From Promethearchaeota archaeon (lineage in GTDB: Archaea; Asgardarchaeota; Lokiarchaeia; Sigyniarchaeales; SOKP01): DNA of 25,478 nucleotides. A program made the translations under genes and the position numbers. Every line of letters begins with the position of its first letter. Positions within the stretch are counted from its first letter, which is position 1. The notes beneath the pieces were generated by a model. That model worked only from the letters and a program-made list of their open reading frames with translations. It made no database searches and was not told the origin of the DNA. Below are positions 7,610 through 17,564 of the stretch, one piece after another. The stretch is from positions 2,347 through 27,824 of the forward strand of contig JBHLON010000040.1 of NCBI GenBank assembly GCA_048940445.1. Direction: 5' to 3'.

Positions 7610-9415
7610 TTATATCTTCATTTTCCCCATTTCTTCAATATATTTTAGAGATTGATGCCTAAAGTAGGTGTTATATAGATTTGCATAAGTTCCACCCAGT
7701 TTCATTAGCTCGTCATGGTTTCCTTGTTCTACTATTTTTCCATGATCAAGCACCACAATACGATCGACATGTCGCACAGTCCATAATCGGTGGGCTATAA
7801 TTATAGAGGTACGACCTTGCATAGTTTTTTCCATAGCATCTTGAATTTTAGTCTCAGTAAAAGGATCAACGGAGGCGGTCGCTTCATCTAATATTAGAAT
7901 TGATGGATTTTGTAATAAGACACGCGCAAACACAACCAATTGTCTTTGACCCATAGAGAGTAATACACCTCGTTCCCCCACATTAGTCTGGAGTCCTTCA
8001 GGTAGACTATTAACCCAATCAGATCCTCCAGTTCTATCTAATGCAACAGTAATATCATCACAACTAACCCCACTACAGCCATAGCTGATATTTTTCTCAA
8101 CGGTATCTGACCATAGAAATGGAGTTTGAGGGATCAGCCCTATTTGTTCACGGTATTTTTTTAATTCATAATTTCGGATGCTAATACCATCAACTAAAAT
8201 ATCTCCGCCTTGAAATTCATAGAATCGTGCTATTAATTTCGCAATGCTAGACTTACCTGCACCTGTATGTCCCACAAGTGCAATTGATTCTCCAGGATTA
8301 ATCCTTAGGGAAAAATTATCAAAAACTTTTTTATTATCATCATATTGGAAAACTAAATTTCGGAACTCTATCTCACCACGTAAATTCAATGGATCGATAT
8401 TATCATTCTGAACAACAATTGGTGGAGTGTCTATTATAGCAAAAATTCTCTCAGAAGCGGCCAAACCAGATTGAAATTGCGGCCAAAAGGAAGCTATAGT
8501 AAGCAACGGAAAAAAGAGAAATGATAAACTTTGGAAAAAAAAATTGAAATCTCCCGCATTAAAAACTCCTAAAATTAAAAGATTACCACCATAATAAACT
8601 ATTATAGTTAATACTACGCCTTGTATTATCGATAAAGTTGGAAATATAGCATTTAGAACGAGTGCCCTCTTTAAATTTACTTTATAGGATTGAATATTAA
8701 CCTCTTCGAATTGTTCATATAATTTAGATTCTTGTCTAAAAGTTTTAGCTATTTGTATCCCTGAAAAGCTCTCTTTCACAAAAGCATTTACTGATGCTAA
8801 CGCTCTTTGACCGAAAAGGGTCATTCTCCGAGCAAATTTACGATAGATTAATGCAATTAAAAAGAAGAGAGGAATCATAATTAAAATTACCAAAGTGAGA
8901 ATACTATTGAATAAAAATAGTAAGATAATCAGAATGATCATTACAATAAAATTTGATGCTACCTCTACAGTTAAATCTACAGTTTGGGCGAAATCCCGGC
9001 TATCTGTGTTAATTCTACTAACAATCTTCCCAACAGGATTTTTATCAAAAAAGGAAAGATCATGTTCTAATACAGATTTTGTCGCACTTTCTCTTAAATC
9101 TAATTCTACATTCCCTATGGCCTTTGCTGCATAGATGTACCTAAAATAATTAAATACATATGTTAAGATGTTTAAAAAAAAGATCAATCCAATTAAAAGT
9201 ATAAAGCTTGTTAATTTAGGATCTGCCCCAAGGATGTTTATTGCTATAGAAGTAATTAATGGAACAAAGGAATTTGAGAGGGATGACAGAATAAGGAGCA
9301 TGATAACAATAAACATATACTTTTTATAGGGTGTAAAATATTTGAAAATCCTCTTTAATAGGGTTCTATCTCGAAATTCTCTATCATATTCTTCAGCTTC
9401 TAATCCTACCCACAT
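7610..9415 (-). CDS. ABC exporter, fused permease/ATPase (MdlB/TM288-like half of a heterodimer)
   Basis: Hydrophobic TMD, then Walker A GHTGAGKS, degenerate signature LSMGQ, canonical Walker B ILDEAT and H-loop IAHRL. Confidence 0.92.
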   Translation of the reverse strand: MWVGLEAEEYDREFRDRTLLKRIFKYFTPYKKYMFIVIMLLILSSLSNSFVPLITSIAINILGADPKLTSFILLIGLIFFLNILTYVFNYFRYIYAAKAIGNVELDLRESATKSVLEHDLSFFDKNPVGKIVSRINTDSRDFAQTVDLTVEVASNFIVMIILIILLFLFNSILTLVILIMIPLFFLIALIYRKFARRMTLFGQRALASVNAFVKESFSGIQIAKTFRQESKLYEQFEEVNIQSYKVNLKRALVLNAIFPTLSIIQGVVLTIIVYYGGNLLILGVFNAGDFNFFFQSLSFLFFPLLTIASFWPQFQSGLAASERIFAIIDTPPIVVQNDNIDPLNLRGEIEFRNLVFQYDDNKKVFDNFSLRINPGESIALVGHTGAGKSSIAKLIARFYEFQGGDILVDGISIRNYELKKYREQIGLIPQTPFLWSDTVEKNISYGCSGVSCDDITVALDRTGGSDWVNSLPEGLQTNVGERGVLLSMGQRQLVVFARVLLQNPSILILDEATASVDPFTETKIQDAMEKTMQGRTSIIIAHRLWTVRHVDRIVVLDHGKIVEQGNHDELMKLGGTYANLYNTYFRHQSLKYIEEMGKMKI

Positions 9416-9419
9416 TTTT

Positions 9420-11252
9420 CTAAATCACACCCCTTAATAATTCCTGTTCGTCAAGATCAAATTTCTTAACGAAAATTTTTCTATATTCTTCAGAACTCTT
9501 TAGGAGTTCTTGGTGAGAACCCTTAGCTTCGATCCTACCATCTTTTAATACGATAATCAAATCTGCCCATCTTATTTGGCTTAGTCGATGGGTAATTAAA
9601 AATGTAGTTCTATTATGTAAAATGTTTTTAATAGCGAATTGAATTTTATCTTCAGTATTTGAATCGATTGCTGATGTTGAGTCATCTAAAATGAGGATTT
9701 TAGGATCTGCTAAGAATGCACGTGCAATTGCTATTCGCTGCCTTTCACCGCCGCTCAGTAGAACTCCCCTTTCTCCTATTTTAGAATCGTATCCTTCTGG
9801 TAATTTACCTATGAATTCATCTGCTTGAGCTTGCCTTGCTGCTTCAATAACTTTCTGTTTGGAACTGATTCGTCCAAAAGTAATATTCTCAAAAACTGAA
9901 AAGGAGAATAAGAATACATCTTGTTCTATATACGAAATTTGGGCTCTAAGCGATTTTAAGGCGTAGTCTCTTATATCATGATTATCAACTAATATTTTCC
10001 CTTCAGATATGTCATATAATCGGGAAATTAACTTTGTTAACGTTGTTTTTCCAGACCCTGTAGTTCCTACAATTGCTACCGTTTGACCGGGTTTAACTTC
10101 AAAGCTAATATTTTTTAACACCAAATTTTTTGTACCAGGGTAACAGAAAGAGACATTTTCAAACTTAATAGAACCGCGTATATCCTTTTGAATTCCATCG
10201 GGATTTTCATCAATTTCGGTTACTTGGTTCATTAATTCAAGTAATCTTTTAGCGCTACTTCCTGCTAGCTTTATTATCGCAAATACAAAGATTGAGATAA
10301 AGGTTGAGAAATACAATAAGTCTAATAAACCAATATAAGAGATAATTTGCCCTATTTTAATTAAACCTAAGTTAAATAAAATAAGTGAATGTGCTAAACC
10401 AATAGTTATTATTATTCCGAGAAATAAAATAGGCATATATTTTGCTTGTATTCTCCCTTGTCTTACATAAGCATCTCTATAACTTTTTGCAAAGGTTAAA
10501 TACTTATCAAGTTCATAGGCTTCTTGAGTAGAACCTTTCACCACTTCAATCCCAGAAAGAGCTTCATTTAAAGACGCATTGATCATACCAAAATTCATTC
10601 TCAAATCTCCAGTTACTGGTGATAACTTTCTATTGTATCTTCTTAGCGAGATGAGAAACAGACCCGTAAAAATAAGAGGTTCAATAACCAATTGAACGGG
10701 ATAAAAGAGTAATATAAACACTATTGGTATAATTAGAGAAGTAAACGATTCAAAAATAAGAGACACGGCAGGGCTTATCATAAAATTCAACATCCTTACA
10801 TCATCAGTTGCTCTTGCCATAAGATCTCCAATTTGCTGTTTATCGTGAAATGATTGGCTCTTCCCTAGTAAAATCCCATAAAATTCTTTTCGTGTGTCTC
10901 GTTCAAGTCTTTGTGCTAACACTTCTCTTAAAAAGTAATTTAAAAGTCTTAATACAGGAGTTGTTAATCCGAGAATTAAAATCATAAGTGTGAAATAGAT
11001 TAAACTTCCAAAATTTGCGAGAATGAATTGGTCGACAGCATTTCCAATAGAAACTGAGATGGTTGATGCTAAAATTGAAGCGAGAACTGTTGTAATCAAA
11101 ACAACTAAGATAAATATTTTATTAGTCCCATGAAAAATATGGGAAAAAATCCATCTACGAACTCCTTTTTTTCGTGATTTTTCAAAAAAGTCTTTACCAG
11201 GGGAAAATTCTAAAATCTGACTTGATTGGTTAAGGTTTGCACGTTTGGGCAA
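9420..11252 (-). CDS. ABC exporter, fused permease/ATPase (MdlA/TM287-like half of a heterodimer)
   Basis: TMD, Walker A GTTGSGKT, signature LSGGE, degenerate Walker B ILDDST, THRL. TTG start preceded by GAGGT; 4 bp from its partner gene. Confidence 0.92.
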   Translation of the reverse strand: MPKRANLNQSSQILEFSPGKDFFEKSRKKGVRRWIFSHIFHGTNKIFILVVLITTVLASILASTISVSIGNAVDQFILANFGSLIYFTLMILILGLTTPVLRLLNYFLREVLAQRLERDTRKEFYGILLGKSQSFHDKQQIGDLMARATDDVRMLNFMISPAVSLIFESFTSLIIPIVFILLFYPVQLVIEPLIFTGLFLISLRRYNRKLSPVTGDLRMNFGMINASLNEALSGIEVVKGSTQEAYELDKYLTFAKSYRDAYVRQGRIQAKYMPILFLGIIITIGLAHSLILFNLGLIKIGQIISYIGLLDLLYFSTFISIFVFAIIKLAGSSAKRLLELMNQVTEIDENPDGIQKDIRGSIKFENVSFCYPGTKNLVLKNISFEVKPGQTVAIVGTTGSGKTTLTKLISRLYDISEGKILVDNHDIRDYALKSLRAQISYIEQDVFLFSFSVFENITFGRISSKQKVIEAARQAQADEFIGKLPEGYDSKIGERGVLLSGGERQRIAIARAFLADPKILILDDSTSAIDSNTEDKIQFAIKNILHNRTTFLITHRLSQIRWADLIIVLKDGRIEAKGSHQELLKSSEEYRKIFVKKFDLDEQELLRGVI

Positions 11253-11445
11253 CTTCCAGACCTCATTTATTTTAGTCTCAGTTATTTTTCATTTATTGGG
11301 TATTAATATGATAAAAACAAGATTATTAATAGACTTTTTAGCTTTGTAATATAAATTTTTAAGTATGGAAAAAGTACTCCGTAAAGAATAAAGGATTTAT
11401 CAAATTAATTTGATTATCTAGAAAATGATTTAAAAGAATGTAAAA

Positions 11446-13089
11446 ATGATAAATAAAAAGCTGAAAATAGTCTTAGCCCAAATTAATCCTATAGTTGGAG
11501 ATTTAGAGCACAATACGAACAAAATTTGTTCTATAATAGAAAAACACCAAAACGCAGATATTATTATTTTCCCAGAAATGGTTCTTGTTGGATATCCTTT
11601 AATGGATCATATCTATGATCCCTTGATAAGATCACGAAATAAAAAAAGCATTGAAAAAATTAAGAATCTAGATTCTGAACCAGCAGTAATTTTCGGAACA
11701 TTTACAGAACCTGAAGAAATAAGAGATAAAATTCATCCATTTTATAATTCTGCAATAGTTATTAAAAATAAAGAAATAAAAGCTATAATAAATAAGCGTA
11801 TTCTACCAGATTATGATGTGTTTAACGAAAGAAGATACTTTACTTTTGATACTAACTATCAACCAACACATATCAATGGTTTAAAAGTTGGAATATTAAT
11901 TTGTGAAGATATTTGGGATGAAAATTATGACATTAAGGTGGCTAAACAATTAGTTGAAAATAAGGCTGAGATTTTAATTGTCATTAATGCTTCTCCATAC
12001 AATATAGACAAATTTGACATAAGAAAAAACCTTGTTTGTAAAAAAGCAAGAGAGTTTTTAGTTCCAATTGTATATGTAAATATGGTAGGTGGAATTGATG
12101 AAATCGTCTATGATGGTCAGAGTTTCATAGTAGATGAGAATGGAGAACTTATTTATAAGGCAAAAGCATTTCAAGAAGAAATAGCTGCTATAAACATATT
12201 TGATAGCGAACAGAAGAATATTAAGGATTATAGATTAGATTGGAGAGAAGAAGTACTTAGAGCTTTGAAATTAAATTTATATGACTATTATTATAAAAAT
12301 AAGATTTTTGATGGAGTGGTATTAGGTCTAAGTGGAGGTATAGATTCTGCTTTTACAGCATACGTATGTGCTAAGACTCTTGGTCCTGAGAAAGTTAATG
12401 CAATTATGCTCCCTACAAGGTTTACATCTCAAGAAAGCCTCAAACTTGCTGAGGATTTTTGTATGAATGTTAACATTAATTATAAAATCCATTATATTGA
12501 CGATTTGTTCGATTTATACCAAAAAAATATCGAAAGTAATGTTGGAAAATTAGAATTCGATATCGCTGATGAAAATCTTCAAGCAAGAATAAGAGCCACT
12601 ATTTTAATGTATTATTCCAACAAATTTAATTGGTTATTGATCTCAACCGGAAATAAATCCGAAATTGGAGTTGGCTATTGTACATTATACGGAGATACGA
12701 ATGGGGGGAAAAATATACCTGGAGATTTATTTAAAACCCAAATATATTCAATTTGTAAATGGATTAATACTAAAAACGAAGTAATTCCAAGAGGGATTAT
12801 AAGTCGCCCTCCAACAGCGGAGTTACGCGAGAATCAAAAAGACGAAGATTCATTACCTCCATACAAAATACTTGACATAATCTTAGAGGAAATTATAAAA
12901 CATGGAATTGGTTCTGAATTAGAACATATAAAAAGTAAAACTATTGACCAAGAAACAATTGATAAAGTGCGAAAATTGTATTTAAATTCAGAATATAAAA
13001 GAAGACAGTTAGTTCAAACAATAAAAGTTAGTGAGAGTGCTTTTGGAATAGGCAGAAAATATCCAGTTCTAAAAAGAATTAAGTTTTAA
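11446..13089 (+). CDS. nadE: Glutamine-dependent NAD+ synthetase
   Basis: N-terminal nitrilase-family glutaminase (FPE, K in NKRILP, ICED nucleophile) plus synthetase motifs GLSGGIDS, ENLQARIR, TGNKSE, GYCTLYGD, PPTAEL, EYKRRQ. Confidence 0.96.
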   Translation: MINKKLKIVLAQINPIVGDLEHNTNKICSIIEKHQNADIIIFPEMVLVGYPLMDHIYDPLIRSRNKKSIEKIKNLDSEPAVIFGTFTEPEEIRDKIHPFYNSAIVIKNKEIKAIINKRILPDYDVFNERRYFTFDTNYQPTHINGLKVGILICEDIWDENYDIKVAKQLVENKAEILIVINASPYNIDKFDIRKNLVCKKAREFLVPIVYVNMVGGIDEIVYDGQSFIVDENGELIYKAKAFQEEIAAINIFDSEQKNIKDYRLDWREEVLRALKLNLYDYYYKNKIFDGVVLGLSGGIDSAFTAYVCAKTLGPEKVNAIMLPTRFTSQESLKLAEDFCMNVNINYKIHYIDDLFDLYQKNIESNVGKLEFDIADENLQARIRATILMYYSNKFNWLLISTGNKSEIGVGYCTLYGDTNGGKNIPGDLFKTQIYSICKWINTKNEVIPRGIISRPPTAELRENQKDEDSLPPYKILDIILEEIIKHGIGSELEHIKSKTIDQETIDKVRKLYLNSEYKRRQLVQTIKVSESAFGIGRKYPVLKRIKF

Positions 13090-13093
13090 GTTA

Positions 13094-13651
13094 TTAACCT
13101 ATTATATCATTCTTTTCTATTAACCCTTCTTCCATAAGCATTAACTTTGCGATATTATCAAAAATATTATCAACGTTATCCCCAGTTTTAGATGAACATT
13201 CGAAATATCCCTGTAAATTGCTGGATCTTGCGGTTTCTATTCCCTCTTCTGTAGATATAGATCTATTATCTTCTAGATCTAATTTGCTTCCTACCATTAT
13301 TATAGGAATGTGTTTATTAGTTACTTCCATTTCATCTTTGAAAAAAGAGAGCCAATTATCAAGATTTTTAATACTGGTATACCTTGTGATATCAAACATA
13401 AATATTCCACCTTGCGCGTTTTTTACAAAGCTAGGAAAAAGTATTTTATAGCGTTCCTCTCCACCAAAATCCCAAATATGGAACCTAGCATTAACATTGT
13501 CAACAATTACATCTTTTACATAAAAATCTGTCCCAATAGTCATCTTAAGATCTTCATTAAAAACTCGGTTTAAATAACGATCAGTTAGGGATGTTTTACC
13601 AACCCCTCCATCTCCAAAGATACAGAGCTTAAGTTTTGTTTTTTCTGGCAT
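13094..13651 (-). CDS. Rab-like small GTPase (Ras superfamily)
   Basis: G1 GDGGVGKT, G2 TIGTDF, G3 WDFGGEERY, G4 GSKLD, G5 ECSSK. No C-terminal prenylation cysteines. Confidence 0.92.
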   Translation of the reverse strand: MPEKTKLKLCIFGDGGVGKTSLTDRYLNRVFNEDLKMTIGTDFYVKDVIVDNVNARFHIWDFGGEERYKILFPSFVKNAQGGIFMFDITRYTSIKNLDNWLSFFKDEMEVTNKHIPIIMVGSKLDLEDNRSISTEEGIETARSSNLQGYFECSSKTGDNVDNIFDNIAKLMLMEEGLIEKNDIIG

Positions 13652-13729
13652 TTTTCAATCAAGCATCAATTATAGTATATTTATGAAAAAAAAACTTATT
13701 ATTAAATCTAATTAAAAAGAAAGTTAGAT

Positions 13730-14155
13730 TTAAGGATTAAAACCGGGAAGTAATTCTTCTCTAATCCATTGATGAATTTGATCCCTAACCTTTCTAAATA
13801 CTTCTAATCTTTCCTCTTCAGTTCCATTAAAGGTAGCAGGATCAAGGAAAGGTTTATGTACATTTTTCTTAGCACCCGGAAAAACAGGACAGATTTTTTT
13901 TGCATTATCACATACTGTAATAGCTAAATCGAATTTGGTTCCGTAAAAATCTCTTATATGTTTAGAATAATGATGTGAAATATCAATTCCGATTTCTTTC
14001 ATAACTTCTATAGCTTGTGGTCTAACTTCTGAAACTTCTATACCTCCACTATATGCCTCAAATTTATCATTGTATAATGCGTTAATTAACCCTTCTGCTA
14101 TTTGGGAGCGAGCAGAATTATGAGTGCAAATAATAAGTATTTTTTTTCTTTCCAT
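13730..14155 (-). CDS. arsC: Arsenate reductase, thioredoxin-coupled LMW-PTP family
   Basis: P-loop CTHNSARSQ, resolving cysteines VCDNAKKICP, DP motif, FRKVRDQI. Confidence 0.88.
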   Translation of the reverse strand: MERKKILIICTHNSARSQIAEGLINALYNDKFEAYSGGIEVSEVRPQAIEVMKEIGIDISHHYSKHIRDFYGTKFDLAITVCDNAKKICPVFPGAKKNVHKPFLDPATFNGTEEERLEVFRKVRDQIHQWIREELLPGFNP

Positions 14156-14182
14156 AACTAATTTTCTCTCACTAATTTCATA

Positions 14183-14833
14183 TTAAGAAATTTCAATATG
14201 GTCGCCTGTAACCATATAATGTACTTTTTCAGCAATTTTACAAGCGTGATCCCCACATCTCTCTAAATAACGGGCAATCATCATAAAAAAAGCACAAGCA
14301 GTGATCGTTTTAGTATCTTCCATCATATAGGTTATACATTCTCTAAAAATACTCCATCTCATCTCATCTATTTCATCATCTCTACTAGAAAAGTGTTCGA
14401 TATATTTAATATCAGATTCTTCAAAAGCTTTTAAGGCGTCAGTAATCATACTCTTTACATGTTCCCACATATGCTGTAGATTAACATATGGAGCAGGATG
14501 AGGTCTCTCTGATAATTCTTCTACTGCCGAGGCAATATCTTTCCCATATCTGCCTAATCTGGCTAGATAAGTGATTACTTTTAGAATTGTAGCTAATCTT
14601 CTGAGATCAATCGCCATTGGTTGATACAAAGCAATCAATTTTAATGCTTTTGCTTCAATGTTAGAATCCATTTCTCGTATTTTATGCTTTTTTTCTTCTT
14701 CTAATTTCGCCAATTCTATATTTTGATCAATTAATGCCTTCATTCCATTATCTAACATTTCTAATGCTAAATGACCCATATCAAGCACGTCCTTCTTCAA
14801 ATCTAATATCTGATTTCTCATTTTAGTTGCCAT
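14183..14833 (-). CDS. phoU: Phosphate transport regulator PhoU
   Basis: YQPMAIDLR, RLGRY, DDEID, ARYLERCGDHACKIAE. Directly after pstB, with a GGAGGT SD. Confidence 0.95.
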   Translation of the reverse strand: MATKMRNQILDLKKDVLDMGHLALEMLDNGMKALIDQNIELAKLEEEKKHKIREMDSNIEAKALKLIALYQPMAIDLRRLATILKVITYLARLGRYGKDIASAVEELSERPHPAPYVNLQHMWEHVKSMITDALKAFEESDIKYIEHFSSRDDEIDEMRWSIFRECITYMMEDTKTITACAFFMMIARYLERCGDHACKIAEKVHYMVTGDHIEIS

Positions 14834-14846
14834 ATATCATTACCTC

Positions 14847-15617
14847 CTATCCAAATCTACCAGTGATATAATTTTCCGTTAATTTTTCTTTTGGACTTTC
14901 AAAAATTTGGGTAGTTTCACCAAATTCAATTAATTTTCCTAAGTACATGAATCCAGTATAATCGCTAATTCTTGCTGCTTGCTGCATATTGTGAGTTACT
15001 ATAATTACTGTCCAATCTTTCTTCAATTCAAGTATTAAATCTTCAATTTTTCCAGTTGCAATTGGATCCAAGGCTGAACAAGGTTCATCCATTAAAATTA
15101 TTTCGGGTTCGACTGCCAATGCTCTAGCTATACATAATCTTTGTTGTTGGCCCCCGGAGAGGCTTGCTCCTGATTTATCTAGATCATCCTTTACTTCATC
15201 CCATAAATGTGTCAATTTTAAATTTCTTTCCACAAAACCTTCTAACTTTTTTCTATTTCGCATACCCTTTAGTCTAAGACCAGCTATTACATTATCAAAA
15301 ACTGACATGGTTGGAAATGGATTAGGTTTTTGAAATACCATTCCTATTTTCCTTCTAACTAATACTGAATCAATTGATCTATAATTATTATTATTACCAT
15401 ATATATTATAATTGTCCATAGTAATGTTACCAGAGACTTTCGCATTAGGAATAAGTTCATGCATCTTATTCATACTTCGAAGTAATGTAGTTTTACCACA
15501 TCCCGATGGTCCAATTATAGCGGTTACACGGTTTTTTTCAACATTTAAATTAATGTTAATTAATACTTGTTTCTTACCAAACCAAACATTTAAATTTTCA
15601 ATTTTTAGTTTAATCAA
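14847..15617 (-). CDS. pstB: Phosphate ABC transporter ATPase
   Basis: [66 protein letters not shown] start. Confidence 0.97.
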   Translation of the reverse strand: MIKLKIENLNVWFGKKQVLININLNVEKNRVTAIIGPSGCGKTTLLRSMNKMHELIPNAKVSGNITMDNYNIYGNNNNYRSIDSVLVRRKIGMVFQKPNPFPTMSVFDNVIAGLRLKGMRNRKKLEGFVERNLKLTHLWDEVKDDLDKSGASLSGGQQQRLCIARALAVEPEIILMDEPCSALDPIATGKIEDLILELKKDWTVIIVTHNMQQAARISDYTGFMYLGKLIEFGETTQIFESPKEKLTENYITGRFG

Positions 15618-15629
15618 AATAAATCACAC

Positions 15630-16478
15630 TTAATATTTTTCCCTAGTTAATATTCTAACTATGATATTGAGGAAAAGAACTAGAAAAATTAAAACAATTG
15701 ATGCCCCCCATGCTTTAGGCCAATCAATGGAAATAAATGGAGATTGAGACGAATTGAAAATTGTTAATGGAAGCGCTGCTGCTGGTTCAAAAAGACTTGC
15801 TAAGAAAAATCTGCTTCCAAGGATAGTAAGTAATAATGGAGCTGTCTCACCCGCTACTCTAGCTATTGCTAACAATATTCCAGTGACTATCCCTTTTTTT
15901 GCTGTTGGAACGGTTACAGTTAGTGTTGTCTTCCATTGAGGTATTCCTAAAGCTAAAGCTGCTTCTTTTACTGTAGAAGGTACTAGTTTAATAGATTCTT
16001 CTGTTGCTCTCGTTATTAAAGGAATCATCATTATACCTAAAGCAAATCCACCAGCCAATATAGACCATCCTGTAATAGTTACAATTAATATCCATGTAAA
16101 AATACCGATAACAATTGAAGGCATATTAGAAAGCACATCACTTAAAAATCCAGCAGTAAATGCTAACTTACTACCAGGATATTCTGCCAAAAAAATTCCA
16201 GAAAAGATTCCTATAGGTATGCCTATTAAACATGCAAAAAGAATTGCTACAAAGGTCCCTTCGATAGCAGGGGCTATTCCCCCACCAGGTTGACTTAATG
16301 GAGCAATTTCTTGCGTTAAAAATCCGATATTTAACTGACTAATTCCATTTATAATTACCTCTGCTAAAATACTGATTAGGGGTATTAAGCCAATAATTAA
16401 GGCTAAGAAACAGAGGGCTATCATCACATAATTCTTAATTTTTCGGACCTTAAACCATGTTTCTTCTGAAAGATTCAC
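15630..16478 (-). CDS. pstA: Phosphate ABC transporter permease
   Basis: PSIVIG, EAALALG, ARVAGETAPLL. GTG start overlaps the pstC stop. Confidence 0.95.
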   Translation of the reverse strand: MNLSEETWFKVRKIKNYVMIALCFLALIIGLIPLISILAEVIINGISQLNIGFLTQEIAPLSQPGGGIAPAIEGTFVAILFACLIGIPIGIFSGIFLAEYPGSKLAFTAGFLSDVLSNMPSIVIGIFTWILIVTITGWSILAGGFALGIMMIPLITRATEESIKLVPSTVKEAALALGIPQWKTTLTVTVPTAKKGIVTGILLAIARVAGETAPLLLTILGSRFFLASLFEPAAALPLTIFNSSQSPFISIDWPKAWGASIVLIFLVLFLNIIVRILTREKY

Positions 16479-17488
16479 TAAAAAGTTTCAACTCCTTTAA
16501 ATTTTCTTGTTGTATATCTAATTATTAGTCTAGCTGTGATGTTTATGACTAATGCAAGAATTAGTAATACTAATCCCGTTTCGATTAAAGCAGAGAGATA
16601 TACTTTCGGAGAACTGGCTTCTGTGAATTCATTTGCTATTAGAGACGCTAATGTGTAGCTAGGATCAAATAGGGAGTCAAATAAATGAAATGAGTTTCCA
16701 ATAACCATCGTCACTGCCATTGTTTCTCCTACAGCTCGACCAAGTCCTAAAATTACCGCTCCTATTACACCAGATCGTCCATATTTCCTAATTATTTTTG
16801 TTGATTCCCATTTTGTTGCACCTAAAGCGATTATTGCTTCTCTCTGACTATTCGGGACTGCTGAGAATATGTCTCGAGAAATAGCTGTAATTGTAGGAAT
16901 GATCATAATCGCTAAAATAATACCCCCTGTAAAAACATTGTAACCATTATCTGCTCCTTGAAAAATTGGAATAAAACCAAATATAGCTTGAATACCAGGA
17001 TAGATATAATCTCTTAAGAATGGTATTAAAATAAATATACCCCAAAGTCCATAGATTACGCTTGGAATTGCAGCTAATAGTTCAACTAGAAAAGAAACAT
17101 AAAAATTTATTTTTTTAGAGGTAAATTCAGAAAGTGCTAATGCAATTCCTATGCTTATTGGAAAACTTATGATTATAGCAATTAAAGAAGTAACTAATGT
17201 TCCTATTAAAGGAGGCAAAATTCCAAATTCAGGTGGTGTATTAGGATTTGCTGGAGTTGGATTCCATACGGTTCCCCAGAGAAATTCAAAACCATAAGTA
17301 TTAATTGAAAGTAAAGAATCTAAAACGAGAGTTAGTATCAATAATCCCATGATGATAAATATCAGAATGGTAATTATTCCTAAGAATGACTTAAAGAATG
17401 AATCTCCAGATAGTTTTCCTTTTAAAATATTTATCTTTCTTTTTTTTTTTTGATAATTTTCTGGAAATATAGATATTTGCTCTTCCAT
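16478..17488 (-). CDS. pstC: Phosphate ABC transporter permease
   Basis: ELLAAIPSVIYGLWG, EAIIALGATKWE, GRAVGETMAV, IANEF. Confidence 0.95.
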   Translation of the reverse strand: MEEQISIFPENYQKKKRKINILKGKLSGDSFFKSFLGIITILIFIIMGLLILTLVLDSLLSINTYGFEFLWGTVWNPTPANPNTPPEFGILPPLIGTLVTSLIAIIISFPISIGIALALSEFTSKKINFYVSFLVELLAAIPSVIYGLWGIFILIPFLRDYIYPGIQAIFGFIPIFQGADNGYNVFTGGIILAIMIIPTITAISRDIFSAVPNSQREAIIALGATKWESTKIIRKYGRSGVIGAVILGLGRAVGETMAVTMVIGNSFHLFDSLFDPSYTLASLIANEFTEASSPKVYLSALIETGLVLLILALVINITARLIIRYTTRKFKGVETF

Positions 17489-17564
17489 CTTTAAACTGAT
17501 AAATCATGAATTTTTTAATCATTATAAAAAAAAGATTTATTTAAAGTGTTAAACTTTTAAAATT

